Below are positions 37,678 to 50,528 of a stretch of DNA of 64,000 nt, piece by piece (the first letter of the stretch is position 1; the number at the start of each line of letters is the position of its first letter). The translations under genes were made by a program, and so were the position numbers. The notes under the pieces are model-generated. The model searched no databases. It was not told where the DNA came from and saw only the letters and a list, made by a program, of their open reading frames with translations. The DNA lies in assembly GCA_013265495.1 (NCBI GenBank), contig MU057865.1, forward strand, positions 806,001 through 870,000, given 5' to 3'. The DNA is from Vicugna vicugna. Taxonomy: Eukaryota.

Positions 37678-40600
37678 CCTTTCCTGACCATTTCATTTGG
37701 AGGTTAAGTCCTTCTCCTTTGAATTCCTATAAGATAATTATTTGTACAGTGCAATTGACATTTAATCACACGCTGCCTTTTGACATGTCTTCTATTGCTA
37801 TCTCCAACTCACATTTGCGTTTGAACTATTATTTTCACTTACTTTTCACAAAATTGGATTCTAAGTCTTGATGCCAACGTCCATGGCTGGTATTTGCCTT
37901 GTAATTTTCACAGAACTCAGTGCAGTGTTTTGTGAGCATCCATTTACAGCTGCTATGTTCCTTTTTTTTCTTTCTTTTTCCTCCTTTCTTTTTCCCTTTT
38001 TCTTTTTTGGATCCTCCTGGACCTGCTAAATTTCCTGCACAAAAATCCTACAGGGAGGATTTTGTTTCAAACTCTCCAAACTTCTTTTGGTCCAGACAGA
38101 GACATACTTGAACTTTGAACTTTGGTTTTTCAGTTTAATGTCTACGTCCCTCCAGTTTCCCTCAAAGTCTACCTTATAGATTTTACTCCTGGGCGAAGAC
38201 CAGCCGTGGTGACCCAGGAAGGGGAAGGACTCTGGAAGTGAGAACGGAGTAAGATTCCTTGGAAGGCTGTAGAAAATATCTTCAACTTTCCTTTTTTTCC
38301 TGTTTGTTTGCACTTTTACCTTTCTGGGCATCTTTATTTGCTTGCATCACAAAGCGTGGGATCTGATTGGCAGGAGTGGATTTTAGTGTTGCTGGTATCC
38401 GGCAAGGGGGCTCCCGACACAGTCGTGAGTTGAATTCAGGAGCGCACAGACTTTTCAGACAGGTGTGTATCTTTGTCTCACTTAATTGGTGAGAACTTGG
38501 GGTGTTACCTAGGATGTCAGAGTGAAAACTGCAGGACTGGGCTTTTGTTTTAGAAGAATATAAAATTTGTTATGTGTTGAACACAACAATAAACCCCTCC
38601 CTCTAAATAGGGATGAAGAAAGCTCTTTTTATCTCATTCCTGGTGCCCCCACGTCTTTCCATCGCAGCTCCAGGGAAGATACCGTTTCAACCATCCTGCA
38701 GTTTTAGGAAGAACAAAAGGTGGCAGCCAGTGAGGCTTTATGATACGTAAGAAGAATCACATGAGATGAGTTGGGGCTATAGTCATTTTGAAGCCAGGTC
38801 CCTGGCCATACTTTCTCTTCTTTGGTGTTCAAGCCCTGTGCACTGTCAGGCTCTTTGGTTAGGATCTGTGTGAGCAGTCAGATTTGACAGGTGCTGATCA
38901 TCTGGGTTACGGAGAGGGAGCCCGGGAGAGGGTGTGCTGTAATGACAGGAAGTCACGGAGCAGCAATACGCAGTGCGAGGCAGCTCAAAACCCTCTCCCT
39001 GAGAGCTGAGAAGACTGTGCATCAAGCCAAACAGTGTCGGCCTGAGTGGAGCGGTCACCGGCTACTTCAGTGACACCGTCGCTAGGATCTGAAACTCCAA
39101 ACGCACTTTTAGTGTGAAAGTGAGATAGTGTGAAAGGAAAAAAAAAAATAAATGGAAGAAAGAAAGAGAAGGGAAGAAAGGAAAGAAAAGTCCGGAAAAC
39201 AGTCAGTCCCTGGTGCTTTTCCCGGGCCTTGGAGGCACAGACATGACATCACCAGCAGCCAATCAGAGCTCTCCAGCTTTGTCCAGGTTCCGAAGCCATG
39301 GCATCATCGCCGATGTGGCCCAGAAATGAAAATAGAACTCTGTCTAAATATACAACAATGAGAGTCAAGCACTGCTTTAAAGGATGTGAGAACCAAGAAA
39401 AACTCCTTCAATCAGTATCCTCCTTTCATGAAGGGTCCGTAAATCTAGATTTTGGCTCCTGGAGCCACTAACCTTGGTATTGCATTTAATCTTTAGAAAC
39501 CGGCAGCCAGAACTGATGAATGCACCACCGAGACCACCACCCAGTCATTCCAGCTCGCTCCTGGATGTGGGACAGAGGCAGCAGCGGGGTCACGGCCACG
39601 GGGGCAGGGGGACAGTCTGCCTGGTCAGGGGCCGGCACGGGGATGCAGGGCCCCTCGCGAAGGTGGGTAAGTGGCTGTCATTGTCAGTAGGTTCCATTTA
39701 GCTAAAAGCACAGTTTACAGTTGTTGAAGGTTGATTGATCTGTTGATAAACACTAATGTTTTCCAGTTGACAATTTCTCCGTGTTAATTTCTTTAATGCT
39801 GGCAGACCTGCCTAGCAAGGGCTTATAAATAGCACCGGTGTCATCGTCCTTTTTAAGTTATTAATGAGCCATCGTGCTTCAAGGGGCTGGGGTTTGGGGA
39901 CAGGTTGTGCTCGACTGCAGTTTCTGACATTGATACGTTAGCACTTGGAACTTGCTTGAGATGAGAACATGTTTCTTAAAAAAAAATCACAGCACTGGCC
40001 AAATGCATCCATAATAAAAGAGACTTGTTTATAATGAGTGACTAATTAAACTTTGGAGAGAGGAATAAACTGCCAAGGCCCTTCACGCAGCATGTCCTTG
40101 ATGCGAGGGCATCAGCACTGTCCCCACCTCGACCGCAGCTGCCCTCTGCTGTCTTTGCGCCTTCCCTCTGCACGTACCCTGTTATCACTGAGATGAATGA
40201 ACTCCTGCCTCTGGGAATCAGCTCCGGCCCAGACGGTTCTGTCTGCCAACTGGTGGCAGGGGACAAGAGCAGACTTCTCCAATTAGCAGAGTCCCCCATC
40301 AGGCAGCCGGACGGACGCAGTGTTTATGTTTGCGGACAGCCTCTCTGGCTGAGGTCTCCTGCGCCGAGAAGTAGAATTCTAAAGGCGAGACAGACAAATG
40401 GACGAGGTGGCGTGATATCCTGGGAAGGCCTTCTCTTGATTCACCTCTTCTTACTCCTTCGGGGCGATGCAGATGAGCACCCGAGGCTTTGCGCAGTAGC
40501 ATGGGGGAGATGATTTGCATCATGGTGGCAGGAGCAGGGGATGGGGGGTTGCTTTCTAACTGACGTCAATACAAACGGACACGTGGCCAAGCTGGGTTTG

Positions 40601-43461
40601 TTATTGCAATAACCCAGGTGTGTCTCTGGTCTTCAGCTCTTGCATTGCACAGAAATGACTCTAAGACCTTTGCTGGGCCAGGATTTTCCATCTAAATGCT
40701 TGTCTCCAGATCCTCCTTTTAATTATTCCATTTCCTTCACTCTGAAATACCAGCTTCTAATTACATTTAATCATTTTATTCAGAGTTCATTTTGGACTAC
40801 TAACTCATGAGTAAATGCCTTCCTGTTCTGGTTTCAAAAGTTCCTTTGTGTGTTTTCAAAATAATTGCGTGAATTTGTTCCCACCCAACAATCTACACTC
40901 AGAAGATCCTTCTTCGATGTCCCAGTATCAGGAGATGCAGGGGCTGATGCTCTGCTGTCCCAGTTTCAATATATGTGACCTGACAGCCTGGGAGGATGAA
41001 CGTATAGAGAAGATTGTATACATTCAGTGTCCACTAAGGAGATTTAGCTCAGCCGAACCAAACTGATGACAAGTTCTCGGTTTTCTCTGCTGGGTCTACC
41101 TACTTCTCATTCCTCAGCAAAAATAACTTAGGGACTAAGGCACAGCTGATAAAACAATTTCTTATAATAATCAAATTATCTGCCATCTAAAGAATATTAT
41201 GGAAAATCTGGGTTGGTAACTTTCTGTGAACCCACAACTTCCAGTATATAATCATTAGCCATAAACTGGTACCAAAGAAACAAATGTCTGAGCTCACCAA
41301 TCAATTATATTTAGAAGCACTGAAATATTTTTGAAAGTAAACATCACTAATCTGTTCGCAGTTATAATGAGAAATGGTTTCATAATATTGAGATGTGGCT
41401 CCTTATAAAGGGAGATAGTTTGAGATATTTAGGGAATACGTTTAAATTAATGAAAATTAGTTGATGTAACATCATATAACAGGAGGCTTGATTAAGTCGA
41501 GTTGTGATTGTAAAGCAACGGCAGTCAGAAGGAAGAGAAGAAGTGGAGAAACAATTGGGCTCATGTTTTCCTGGGTGGATTCTGGAGTGGCCGTCAAGGT
41601 AATCCCACAATAAGAATGACCAAACGATCAGAGTGGTGACAGCCTTACCGGGGCAGCTGTATGTCCTCACCAGCAAACTAATGTGAAGAGGACACACACC
41701 CCATTAAGCTTGTGCAAAGGAAGAACAGAAATATCCTCACATAGCCACTGTCCGTCCCTCAAGCATCACTACCAGAAGACTGTCCAAAGCAATCACTGGC
41801 CGCCAAAAGGCACTGGTGGTGACTGAAGAAATTGTGGACAAATAAAGAGGATGAAGCATTTACGTTTACTTGGTCCAAAAAAGCCCTAATGACACTAATA
41901 ATATGGTTGCTATATATGAACTCTATAAAATCCTAGAAAAGGTGAGAAAAGAAATGGCATGCTGCCATCATTCAGAATTACAAAGAGCAACATGGATATT
42001 AGATAAAGGGTGTGACTGCGAATCCAGGTGACTTGCAAGAGTCAAGTGCTCTGGGGTTTTTCTTGCTCATTTTCAAAACAAGAGGTGTAACAGATCACTT
42101 CTATGAGCATTAATGGCCTCAGTATTGTATTATTTTGTGTTTAACTATCTGAGTTGTATGTGTTTATATGTATATATACCCATGTGTATATGTGTATAAA
42201 TTTTGTATATAACCACTTAAATCATACCATATCACATATGCACAAATATGTAACATATGCATATTTATTCGTGTGTGCACATATGTATGAAGAAACGCAC
42301 AGCCGATCCGATGGGAAATCCTCTGAAACCCAAGTACAGAGAACCAGTCACTGCAATCATCTCCTCTTTACAGCAGTAGTTTTAATACGTCTCGTGGCAG
42401 TCTCCAAAGGAAGTCCGTATTTTTACATTTCAGAATACATCTCTCCACCCCCAGATTCTTTTGCGATTTGATTAAAATGTCTTTTCTCAGATGTAGAACA
42501 ATTTAAAACAGTTGAAACAAGTAAGGAAAAAGTCTGTTTTAGGGTGTTTAATTCCATCCCCTCAGGTTTCGTGACTCAAGGTAACGTTTCAGGTGAAACG
42601 GGATTTACGTGGGGGTTTGGGGGGTGGGGAGAGGGTGTATGGTCAGTTGTCCTCTCTCTTGGCCTTGGTCTAAGGCCCCCTTCTGCTCAACAGGACCTCA
42701 GAGAGTGTAGTTGGGGAGCCCAGTATTCTGCTTCCTTCTCACTGAGGCACTCCCCAGCAACCTTAAATCAACAGTGATCATAATGTACCAGGAAACACAA
42801 TTAGATTCTTTTCCCCTAATAGTTCAATTTTAGGATAAGAAGGGACAAATTACAAAGAAAGAAATGTCACCAGGGACTTAAATTTTGTTTTGTTAAACAC
42901 ACTCCCCTGGCTGTAGGCTTTGGCTGTTACTTGTTCAGACTGTTATCTGCACCAGATTTTTGGAAAGCAATGCCTTACCTTCCTGAGATAACATAGGTGT
43001 GTTATTACCTGAAATCCACACTGCCTGCTGTCACAGCGCCTCCTCTCACCGAGTATAGTAACCTCCCGCTCGCTGCATCTCTGGGAGAGCAGGACACTGG
43101 ACTCCGACACAATCTTCCCTGTGCACGAAAGCAGACAAGGGCCCTGTCCCCTCCTGGCAGTGGGGGCTCTATTCACAGATCCCTCCGCACCTGGGAAGGA
43201 CAGTGCATTGTCATCTCAACGCCCCCCTCACCTAGAACACCTCTCCACGTGAATGTTCCCCTTCAGATGTTACCCATTCTGTATCACCACCCACTGGCAA
43301 TCTGAGAGTGACCAAAGGATAGCTATGACACCCAGAATGAACCAATGGTTGCACCATTATCAAAGAATGATGCAATTATAGTGATTCTAAAACCCCTGAT
43401 TGAAACAGAAATAGGACCTAGCAGAGTGCTTAGAATAGTTGCTCAACATATATGTATGTAT

Positions 43462-43509
43462 AGAGAGAAAGACAGAGAGACAAAGAGACAGAGACAGAGA
43501 CAGAGAGAG
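43462..43509. repeat. (GAGACA)n / GA-rich simple repeat
   Basis: agagagaaagacagagagacaaagagacagagacagagacagagagag. Confidence 0.85.
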
Positions 43510-43961
43510 CTAATTATTTGAAAGAGGGTCAGTACTTCCCAATGAAGAACTGAAAGAGAGGAGAAAAGGATTTTAGTTTAACACTACCATCCAGAAATTT
43601 AATAATCCTTATCTAATCCAAGTTTTATAACTTTTGCTACTGAATTTCAATCTGAATTGCTTTCTCTGTATTGTCTTCATCATAAAGAAATAATTATTTG
43701 GTGTCTAGCAGATCCGTGTTTTGGAAGTTATCAATGCTGACAAGACATGCCGTGTTTATAAGCCTGAATGGTAGCCTATTGTGTGCCAGAAAGAAAACCT
43801 TTAGAAAGTTTACCTAAATCTGGAAAAAAAGATTCCTGGTGAGTTTAGAATGCTTGGCTAATTCCAATCACTAGGTTTAGCCATTAAGCCCTCCACACAG
43901 ATTTTAGAGGTGTTCTAATGAGTGCCTTGCCAGGATGCTGGTGTGATGAAATCTGTATTAA

Positions 43962-44287
43962 AATTTTGCAAAACAGAAACAGACTCTCAGACTTAGTAAA
44001 CAATCTTATGGTTACCAGGGAAAGGGGATGGGAGGGGATAAATTTGGGAGTTTGAGATTTGCAGATGTTAACCACTGTATATAAAAATAGATTTTAAAAA
44101 AATGTTTCTTTTGTATAGCCCAGGGAACTATGCTTAATATCTTGTAATAATCTTTAATGGAAAAAAAAATGGGAAAGCGGGTCTATGTGTGTATTCACAG
44201 GGCTGGGACGTTGTGCTGTTCACCGGAAATTGACACCATGCAATTGACTTTACTTCAATTAAAAAAAATGTAATAAGTAAATACAAT
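43962..44287 (+). mobile_element. 5'-truncated LINE-1 3' end (lineage-type)
   Basis: caaaacagaaacagactctcagacttagtaaacaatcttatggttaccaggg...tgtatagcccagggaacta...acttcaattaaaaaaaa. Flanked by the direct repeat tgtattaa (43954-43961 / 44288-44295). Confidence 0.85.
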
Positions 44288-45309
44288 TGTATTAAGGAGA
44301 AGGAAGGTCACTACCACTTGTTCTTATTGTGTGTCTAGAAGGACACGAAGGGGAAGGGTCTCCTGATTTCTCATCTAGTGATTTTTTTCTGTGACTGTGG
44401 TGCGTTCGCTCACATGAGTGGCACTTGCGAAACTCCACAAATTCCACTCGTGTGGACTTGTGTATGATGTGAAATGGATGGCTGGTAGGCCCTGTGTGTT
44501 ACTGCCTCTTCCATCCTGGGAGTGGCATATTCTTAGAGGAACACCACCAGTGCCTCGGGATAAACAGCCTTAAAACCGTCCACTCCAGGACAGAAACGGC
44601 GTGTTCCAGCAAGTTAAAGCCTTCCTGGGACACGCGATGCTCTGTTTCCTGCTCTTCTCTGGCCCCCAAATGCCCGCATGGCCCCACCGAGAATGCTTCA
44701 CATACTTTCCTGTCTATTCACTGATTGTTCAAGTGTAGTGGCCTTGTCCAGTGTGACTGTCAGTGCCTCCCAGCTAGGACCCTGTCCTCGTCTTACCCCC
44801 GTCACCAGGAAAATCCTAGGAATGCCATTGACACAAAAAATCCATTGAATTACTGGTTAATTGATTAAAACACACAAATCTACAAATCATATTTTAAATG
44901 TGGGTTTTGCTTCTAGTTTGGGTGGCATTTTGGCAGGATAATGACATCATGAAGGGTCAGGAGTCAAACAATAAAATAATGCCTCAAATGTCGGCCAGCT
45001 GCCAGGTAATCTATTGCCCCCAAGCCCACAGAATTGTTATTTAAGAAAGTAACTTTGTCTTCACTGGGAAAATTTTGAGAACATGAACATAATTAGAAGA
45101 GTAATATAAAGCTCAGAAAATTGCTATTGAAGAAGACTAAGGATTTCAACCCGAGATACTAGGTTCAGTTTTTATCTCCAGGCAAAAAAGCCGTGTAAGT
45201 GTCCAGCTCTTCAGTGTCAGGGAAAATAGCCTTTACCCCCAGCCAGACTCATAAATGAGTGTTTACGGTCCTACATTAGAAGAACCTTCATTGTATATGA
45301 AGGGTTTGC

Positions 45310-45670
45310 TAGCATGAGGAGCCAATGATGAGAGGAACCTTAACAAGGAACTCAAAGAAGGAGATTTGAATAAACGGGGGTTCTTACAGAAGTACAGCTG
45401 GGGTGAGGGGACCAGCAGGGCATATTAAAGCCCGCAAGGGCTAATGGCTACTGGAAGCTGATGTCATTTCCAGGTCTGAAGAGTCACAGGGAGGAAATAG
45501 TGTTCCTGGACCCCAAGGAGAGCTAGAACCGTGGAGAATGGACCACTCAGAGGGGACTGCCATCATGGAGAGAGGCGGCCGCTGCTAGAGACGCAGTTTT
45601 AAAGCAGGAAGGAATCTGTCCCTCTTCCTGCTTTTTGTCTTCCTATTTGTGCCTCCCGCTAATTTAACTG
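45310..45670. mobile_element. Old ERVL-type LTR fragment (LTR33-like by recall)
   Basis: gatttgaataaacggggg..cttacaga...gggctaatggctactggaagctg...ccaggtctgaagagtcacagggaggaaatagtgtt resembles an old LTR33-class consensus. Degenerate. Confidence 0.4.
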
Positions 45671-46886
45671 GGAACCAGTTCTGATCACATGTCATCAGCC
45701 AAAGTAAGTCACACGATCAAGCTTGATATAAGCAGGGCTGGAAAGCACAGTCCTTACCCAGCCCAGCACAGGTCAGCTTTGTGACCCACAATACCGTCCC
45801 CCGAGCCCACTGAGCCCGAAGCTGCTGGGGTTGGAAGCAAGTGCTCGAGCTCTCTGGCCACGGGGGGAGTGATACAGCGTGCTGGCTGGCTGTTTAAGGA
45901 CACGTTCACAGCCCATATTCCAGCATCTTGTCCTTGCAGGGCGCTGTGTCTCAGACGGCTTCTCTGACCTTCCTAAGAACACAGGCAATGTATTCCTCCT
46001 CCTGCAATGCCATTTGCCCCTTTGCCCTTTAACATCCATCTTCTGACCTTCTCTCCATTGTTTTTTGGTCGAACAGGTCTTGCTCCCTTCTGTTTGGACC
46101 CAGCCAATGGGAAGCCCTGGTTGAAACTCAGAGGACAAGATCGGGCCCATTCTTTTCCCCTTTGACCTCTGGCAGTGGCTACATTCTCCCCAAACAGCTG
46201 GAAAACCCTTTGGGTAACGTCTGTATCGTAATCACTTTCTACCTCTTCTTAATCATTACCCGCCTCCTGATGGCAGTGTTTCCAGTCAGTCCAAACTGGT
46301 GAACTTTATAGATCACGGCTGAAAACCTGCCTGTAGAAACTTGTCTGTGTGCAGACGATGAAAAAAAACATTTTATGTTCTTGGTGAAGTATTTTTCCCT
46401 ATTCATAACATGCACGGTACTGTTTTTATATCCTAAGCTGTCTATTGATATATTTCAACTTTTATTCCTTGAACATTCTAATCTCTATGTGATGGGGCTC
46501 CCAGAGATAGAATTTTGGCTTTTTTCTTCCTTTGAAAAACCACATCCCTGCTTATACCACCTGGTGGTAAACAAAGTCTCACTCTGCCATCCACGGATCA
46601 TAGCAGCATTCAATCAGTCTTATTTTATTACCCAGTAAGTAAACACTTCACATGATTAATAACATCTTATTACTGGGTGAATTTATCATATTTCCTTATT
46701 TTGGTATATCTAAACTTTTACTTTTGGTTTATTACCTAAGTAAAAGAATAAATGTTCTCTTTCTTCATTTCTATCCTATAATATCATACGCTTTATTTCT
46801 TGCAAAATATTTTTGATGAGGTATGTTTACTTCAGAGTCCCCTTAAAAAGGAGTCACTACTTTTAACATTTTAAAAGAGAACCTAT

Positions 46887-46965
46887 GAATATTTTTAGAA
46901 TATTTTAGAATCTTTTAATTTTAGAATATTTTTATTTTATTTTACAAAATTTTAGAATATTTTTC
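46887..46965. repeat. Degenerate (TTTTAGAATA)n tandem repeat
   Basis: ttttagaat recurs four times within ~80 bp. Confidence 0.75.
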
Positions 46966-49900
46966 TCTTACCAGTTCCCTCCAGAACTAAGTCCATTTTC
47001 TATGAAACAAAGATTATTTTAGGAACTAGGACTCGAATAGTTTCTCAGCAAGGAGGCAGATTGGAACAGGTGTTTGAAGAGGAAAGGTGAAGTCATGCAG
47101 GATTGCGAGCAGTGGGCGGAGCTAGGACCTGCTGGTCACCACCCTACCTTGGTGACATGGTCTGAACTGGGAACACCTGATGTCTAGGTGGTTGTATTTA
47201 CCTACAGAAGAAAACCCTCAAAATTTCTAAAGACACTCATCCTTGTGAAAGAGGAGCACAGATGTGATTCAGCATCTCCAAAAACTTCTTTGATGAGCAA
47301 GTATGCAGCCTCTAAGCAGGTGTTGCTCTGCCTCCCAGAATGCTCCCCTTCGGCCTCCCTACCTTTAATAATTCTCACCGTTTTTCAAGACCGAGTCATG
47401 TACTACCCTCTCCAGTGAGCCTCTCCAACTCATCCGTGTCCTGATTAATCTCTCCTGGAAACCATGAGACTTACTGCTTAAAGGACTCGCTGGCTAATGA
47501 ATCACACACTACTTACATTGTTCATACCCTTCCACTGTAATACTATTTTCCTTTCCATGCATACCTATTATCTTTCTACCTAAGAAAGGTGTTGAAAACG
47601 TGATTTTACAGGGTCAGTTCAAGTCCGTGCCCTCCAGTCTGAGCAATGCTTGTGTCAGAATCCATTTATTAGGGGCAGCCAGTGTTACAGCATCACCTGT
47701 CAACACATTTGCTTGTAGCTCTTCAGGATTTGGACTGTACGTTAATTACGATAACCCTGTCATTTGATTTCTAAATGAGGAAAATAATTCTGATTTGCCC
47801 CATGGACTGAGATAGATGGAGAAAAAAGAGAATGATTTTTGTCTAACAAAGACTTTCAAAATCATGATTGGAGATTTAGCGGTGTTATGTAAGAGAGGCG
47901 GTCCAGGCAGGACCTAGAATTCTGAGGAAAGCCGGGGTCAAGAAGGGGTAAGACCTGTGTAACTGAGCGGTGCTCAGCGTGGCTTTCTAGGGCTTCCTAG
48001 ATCTGCCATTATCTTTTAAAAGAGTTTTTTTTTTGTTTTGTTTTTGCTTTTGTTTTTGTTTTGTGCTAGTCTTTCAGTGCAGAACCATTCAGGAAGCAAA
48101 AACAAGTTATAGACTGGGAAAAAGCTAAGGTTTCTGATCCAAAGACATCTGTCAGTTGGCATCTATTTATAAAGGCTAGAGCACATAGCACATAGGAATT
48201 GATAGAAGGAGGAAAATAGAGTAAAAAAAATACCCTACATTGCAGAGAAGTATGAGGCCGTTTGGGACAAGTCCCAGGGGTATGATTTCTGATTGGCAGG
48301 TAAGCCCTAATGGGAGAATTATTACAGACAACACATGCAGATAAATCAAGTTCTTGAATTATTTAATTATCATCAAATATTTTTTTCCTGCATGGACACA
48401 GATGTGGACCAATTGGTGAATTATTTAGAAAATGTACAATATTCTGCTTTAATATTTATCGTGATTATTTGCCCAATGATAAGATCGATTTCTTAAAGCA
48501 CACATTATGAATGTGCTTTGCTGCAGCCCTTAGTGGTTGCTGTAAGCCTTCATTCTCACACCAGGGCCACACACCGGGCACCACATAAAAGGAATATTCT
48601 GGCTCTCTCTTGCTGTTCACAACCTTAGTTCTGAACCGTTGGTCCTGACCCTTTTTTTCTGTGCTGCTTTCCAGCCTGCCTTTGATCATCTCAGCCTCAG
48701 CCCTCACTGCTCATTCTTTCCTCTCTAGCATTGCCATGCCTCACCCTTTAGCATTCCCAGTTCTCCCCCTAGTGATGTTGACTCCACCGCCATGAATAAA
48801 CACTCCTCCTCGTATGCTCAGGTCCCGGGACCCCCTGGATCAGGGCTGTTCCCTTCAGTCTCCTCTAACTTCTGCCCCCTCCGGGCAGCACACCATTTTC
48901 AGTTCATCTCAGCTTCAAAATAGGCGCCAGAAATCTTGCTCAATAGCACATCCCTCCCCATTTCCCTGCCCTCTTCTTACGTGCATCTACCATAGTACAT
49001 CTCACAAAGCTGAACACGCATCAGAAGCCTGAGATACGTTTCCCGTCTTATTCATAGATGGAACAAACTCCAGGAACACAGGGGCAGGTGGAGTTGTAGA
49101 AATGGAAGGTGAATGAAGAAGCAAACTTCTGATTTTGCGGTTTCACATCACCATTGGCTTTTTTGTCAATTGTTAGTAAACTGGTTTTTTCAAGTGAGCA
49201 TGAATCGGTGACAGTGGACGATGAAGTGGAGACGCTGGTGCAGGTTACCGTAATGACGCCCAGCGTGTTCTGAGGCAGCTCAGACAGTGGTCCTGCTCTC
49301 CCCTCAACTCCCCCTTCTCTCCTTGTCTGGAAGGGCGGAGCCACATTCAAGTGTCTCAGCTGCTTTGCTGAGCACTTTCCTCACTAAACCAACCCATTTA
49401 CGGCGTCAGTACAGAAGAGACCCTCTTAGCTCCCCAGCACTGATTCATTGATCCAAGTATAGTTTTTGTTCGGCAGCTAGGCTGGGCGAGAAATGATCAG
49501 TTACTCTACATTAAAAAAGATACTATTATTTCTTTTCTCACCTGAGATAAGATTGCAACTCTTACAGCATTCTTCAAAGTCAACCTCTTCAACATTGCTT
49601 CATGTGCAAGCCAATAAGGGAAAGAGAAAATTACACAACGTTTTCACAACATGGAAGTGTGGGCAGGGGAACATTAAAGACCCAGACAGACTGAGCCACC
49701 AATATTCTCTGTCAAGAGCAGCTGTAAAGTCTGCCACCTGTAGAGATTTCGGAGATACTCAGCTAAGTGATGTGATCTCAATCCACAAACTCAGTAGTCG
49801 GGAAATAGCACATTTTGTCCCCTTAAAATTCAACCGAGTAAAGATCCCAAGCCGCCATGTTGTCGTGCTGGTGGGAATTTAACCTCAGGCATTCTGGGAG

Positions 49901-50424
49901 CGTTTTCGTCCTCGGAGCTCATTACATGGGGCACATTTACAAAGATGACTCCTGCATCTTTGCCAGGTCTTTGCTCACTTGCCCAATCAAGTTTGTATCT
50001 CAGCCCCATAGCCACATTCATCAGGAAAGGACATCAAGAAGTAAGTAACTTAAAGATGAACAAGGATGTGCTTCCAAATGTACTGGAGTCATTTCGACAA
50101 TGTTGTGTGCAAATATACCCTCGCTTAGTACGTATGGCCTTCATGGGCTCCTGCGTATTCCAAAGGGGATAAAGACTTTGGGAAGAGTGTTGTGGTCAGA
50201 AATAGACCCCTCAGCATTTTCCAAATCCCATGATTTGGTTTTCTTTGTTAGTTTAACAGGGAAAAATAATCAAGAAGCTCCATCCATTGAAGGTGTGGTT
50301 ATAAATCAACTTAACACATGTGTTTATATATAGTTCAGGTGTTGGCTGAAATTGAGTTTAGGACACCCATATCCCGGGAAATAATTTTGACTCTTCGGAG
50401 AAGCACACTCCTTGGCCATTTTTT

Positions 50425-50528
50425 TTTAACATTTTTTATTGATTTATAATCATTTTACAATGTTGTGTCAAATTCCAGTGTAGAGCACAATTTTTCAGTT
50501 ATGCATGAACATATATATATTTATTGTC
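50425..50528 (-). mobile_element. Very short young L1 3' end
   Basis: taacattttttattgatttataatcattttacaatgttgtgtcaaattccagtgtagagcacaa is an antisense L1 terminus. Flanked by ccatttttt (50416-50424 / 50529-50537); the right copy is followed by aaa (TTTT/AA endonuclease site). Confidence 0.75.
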
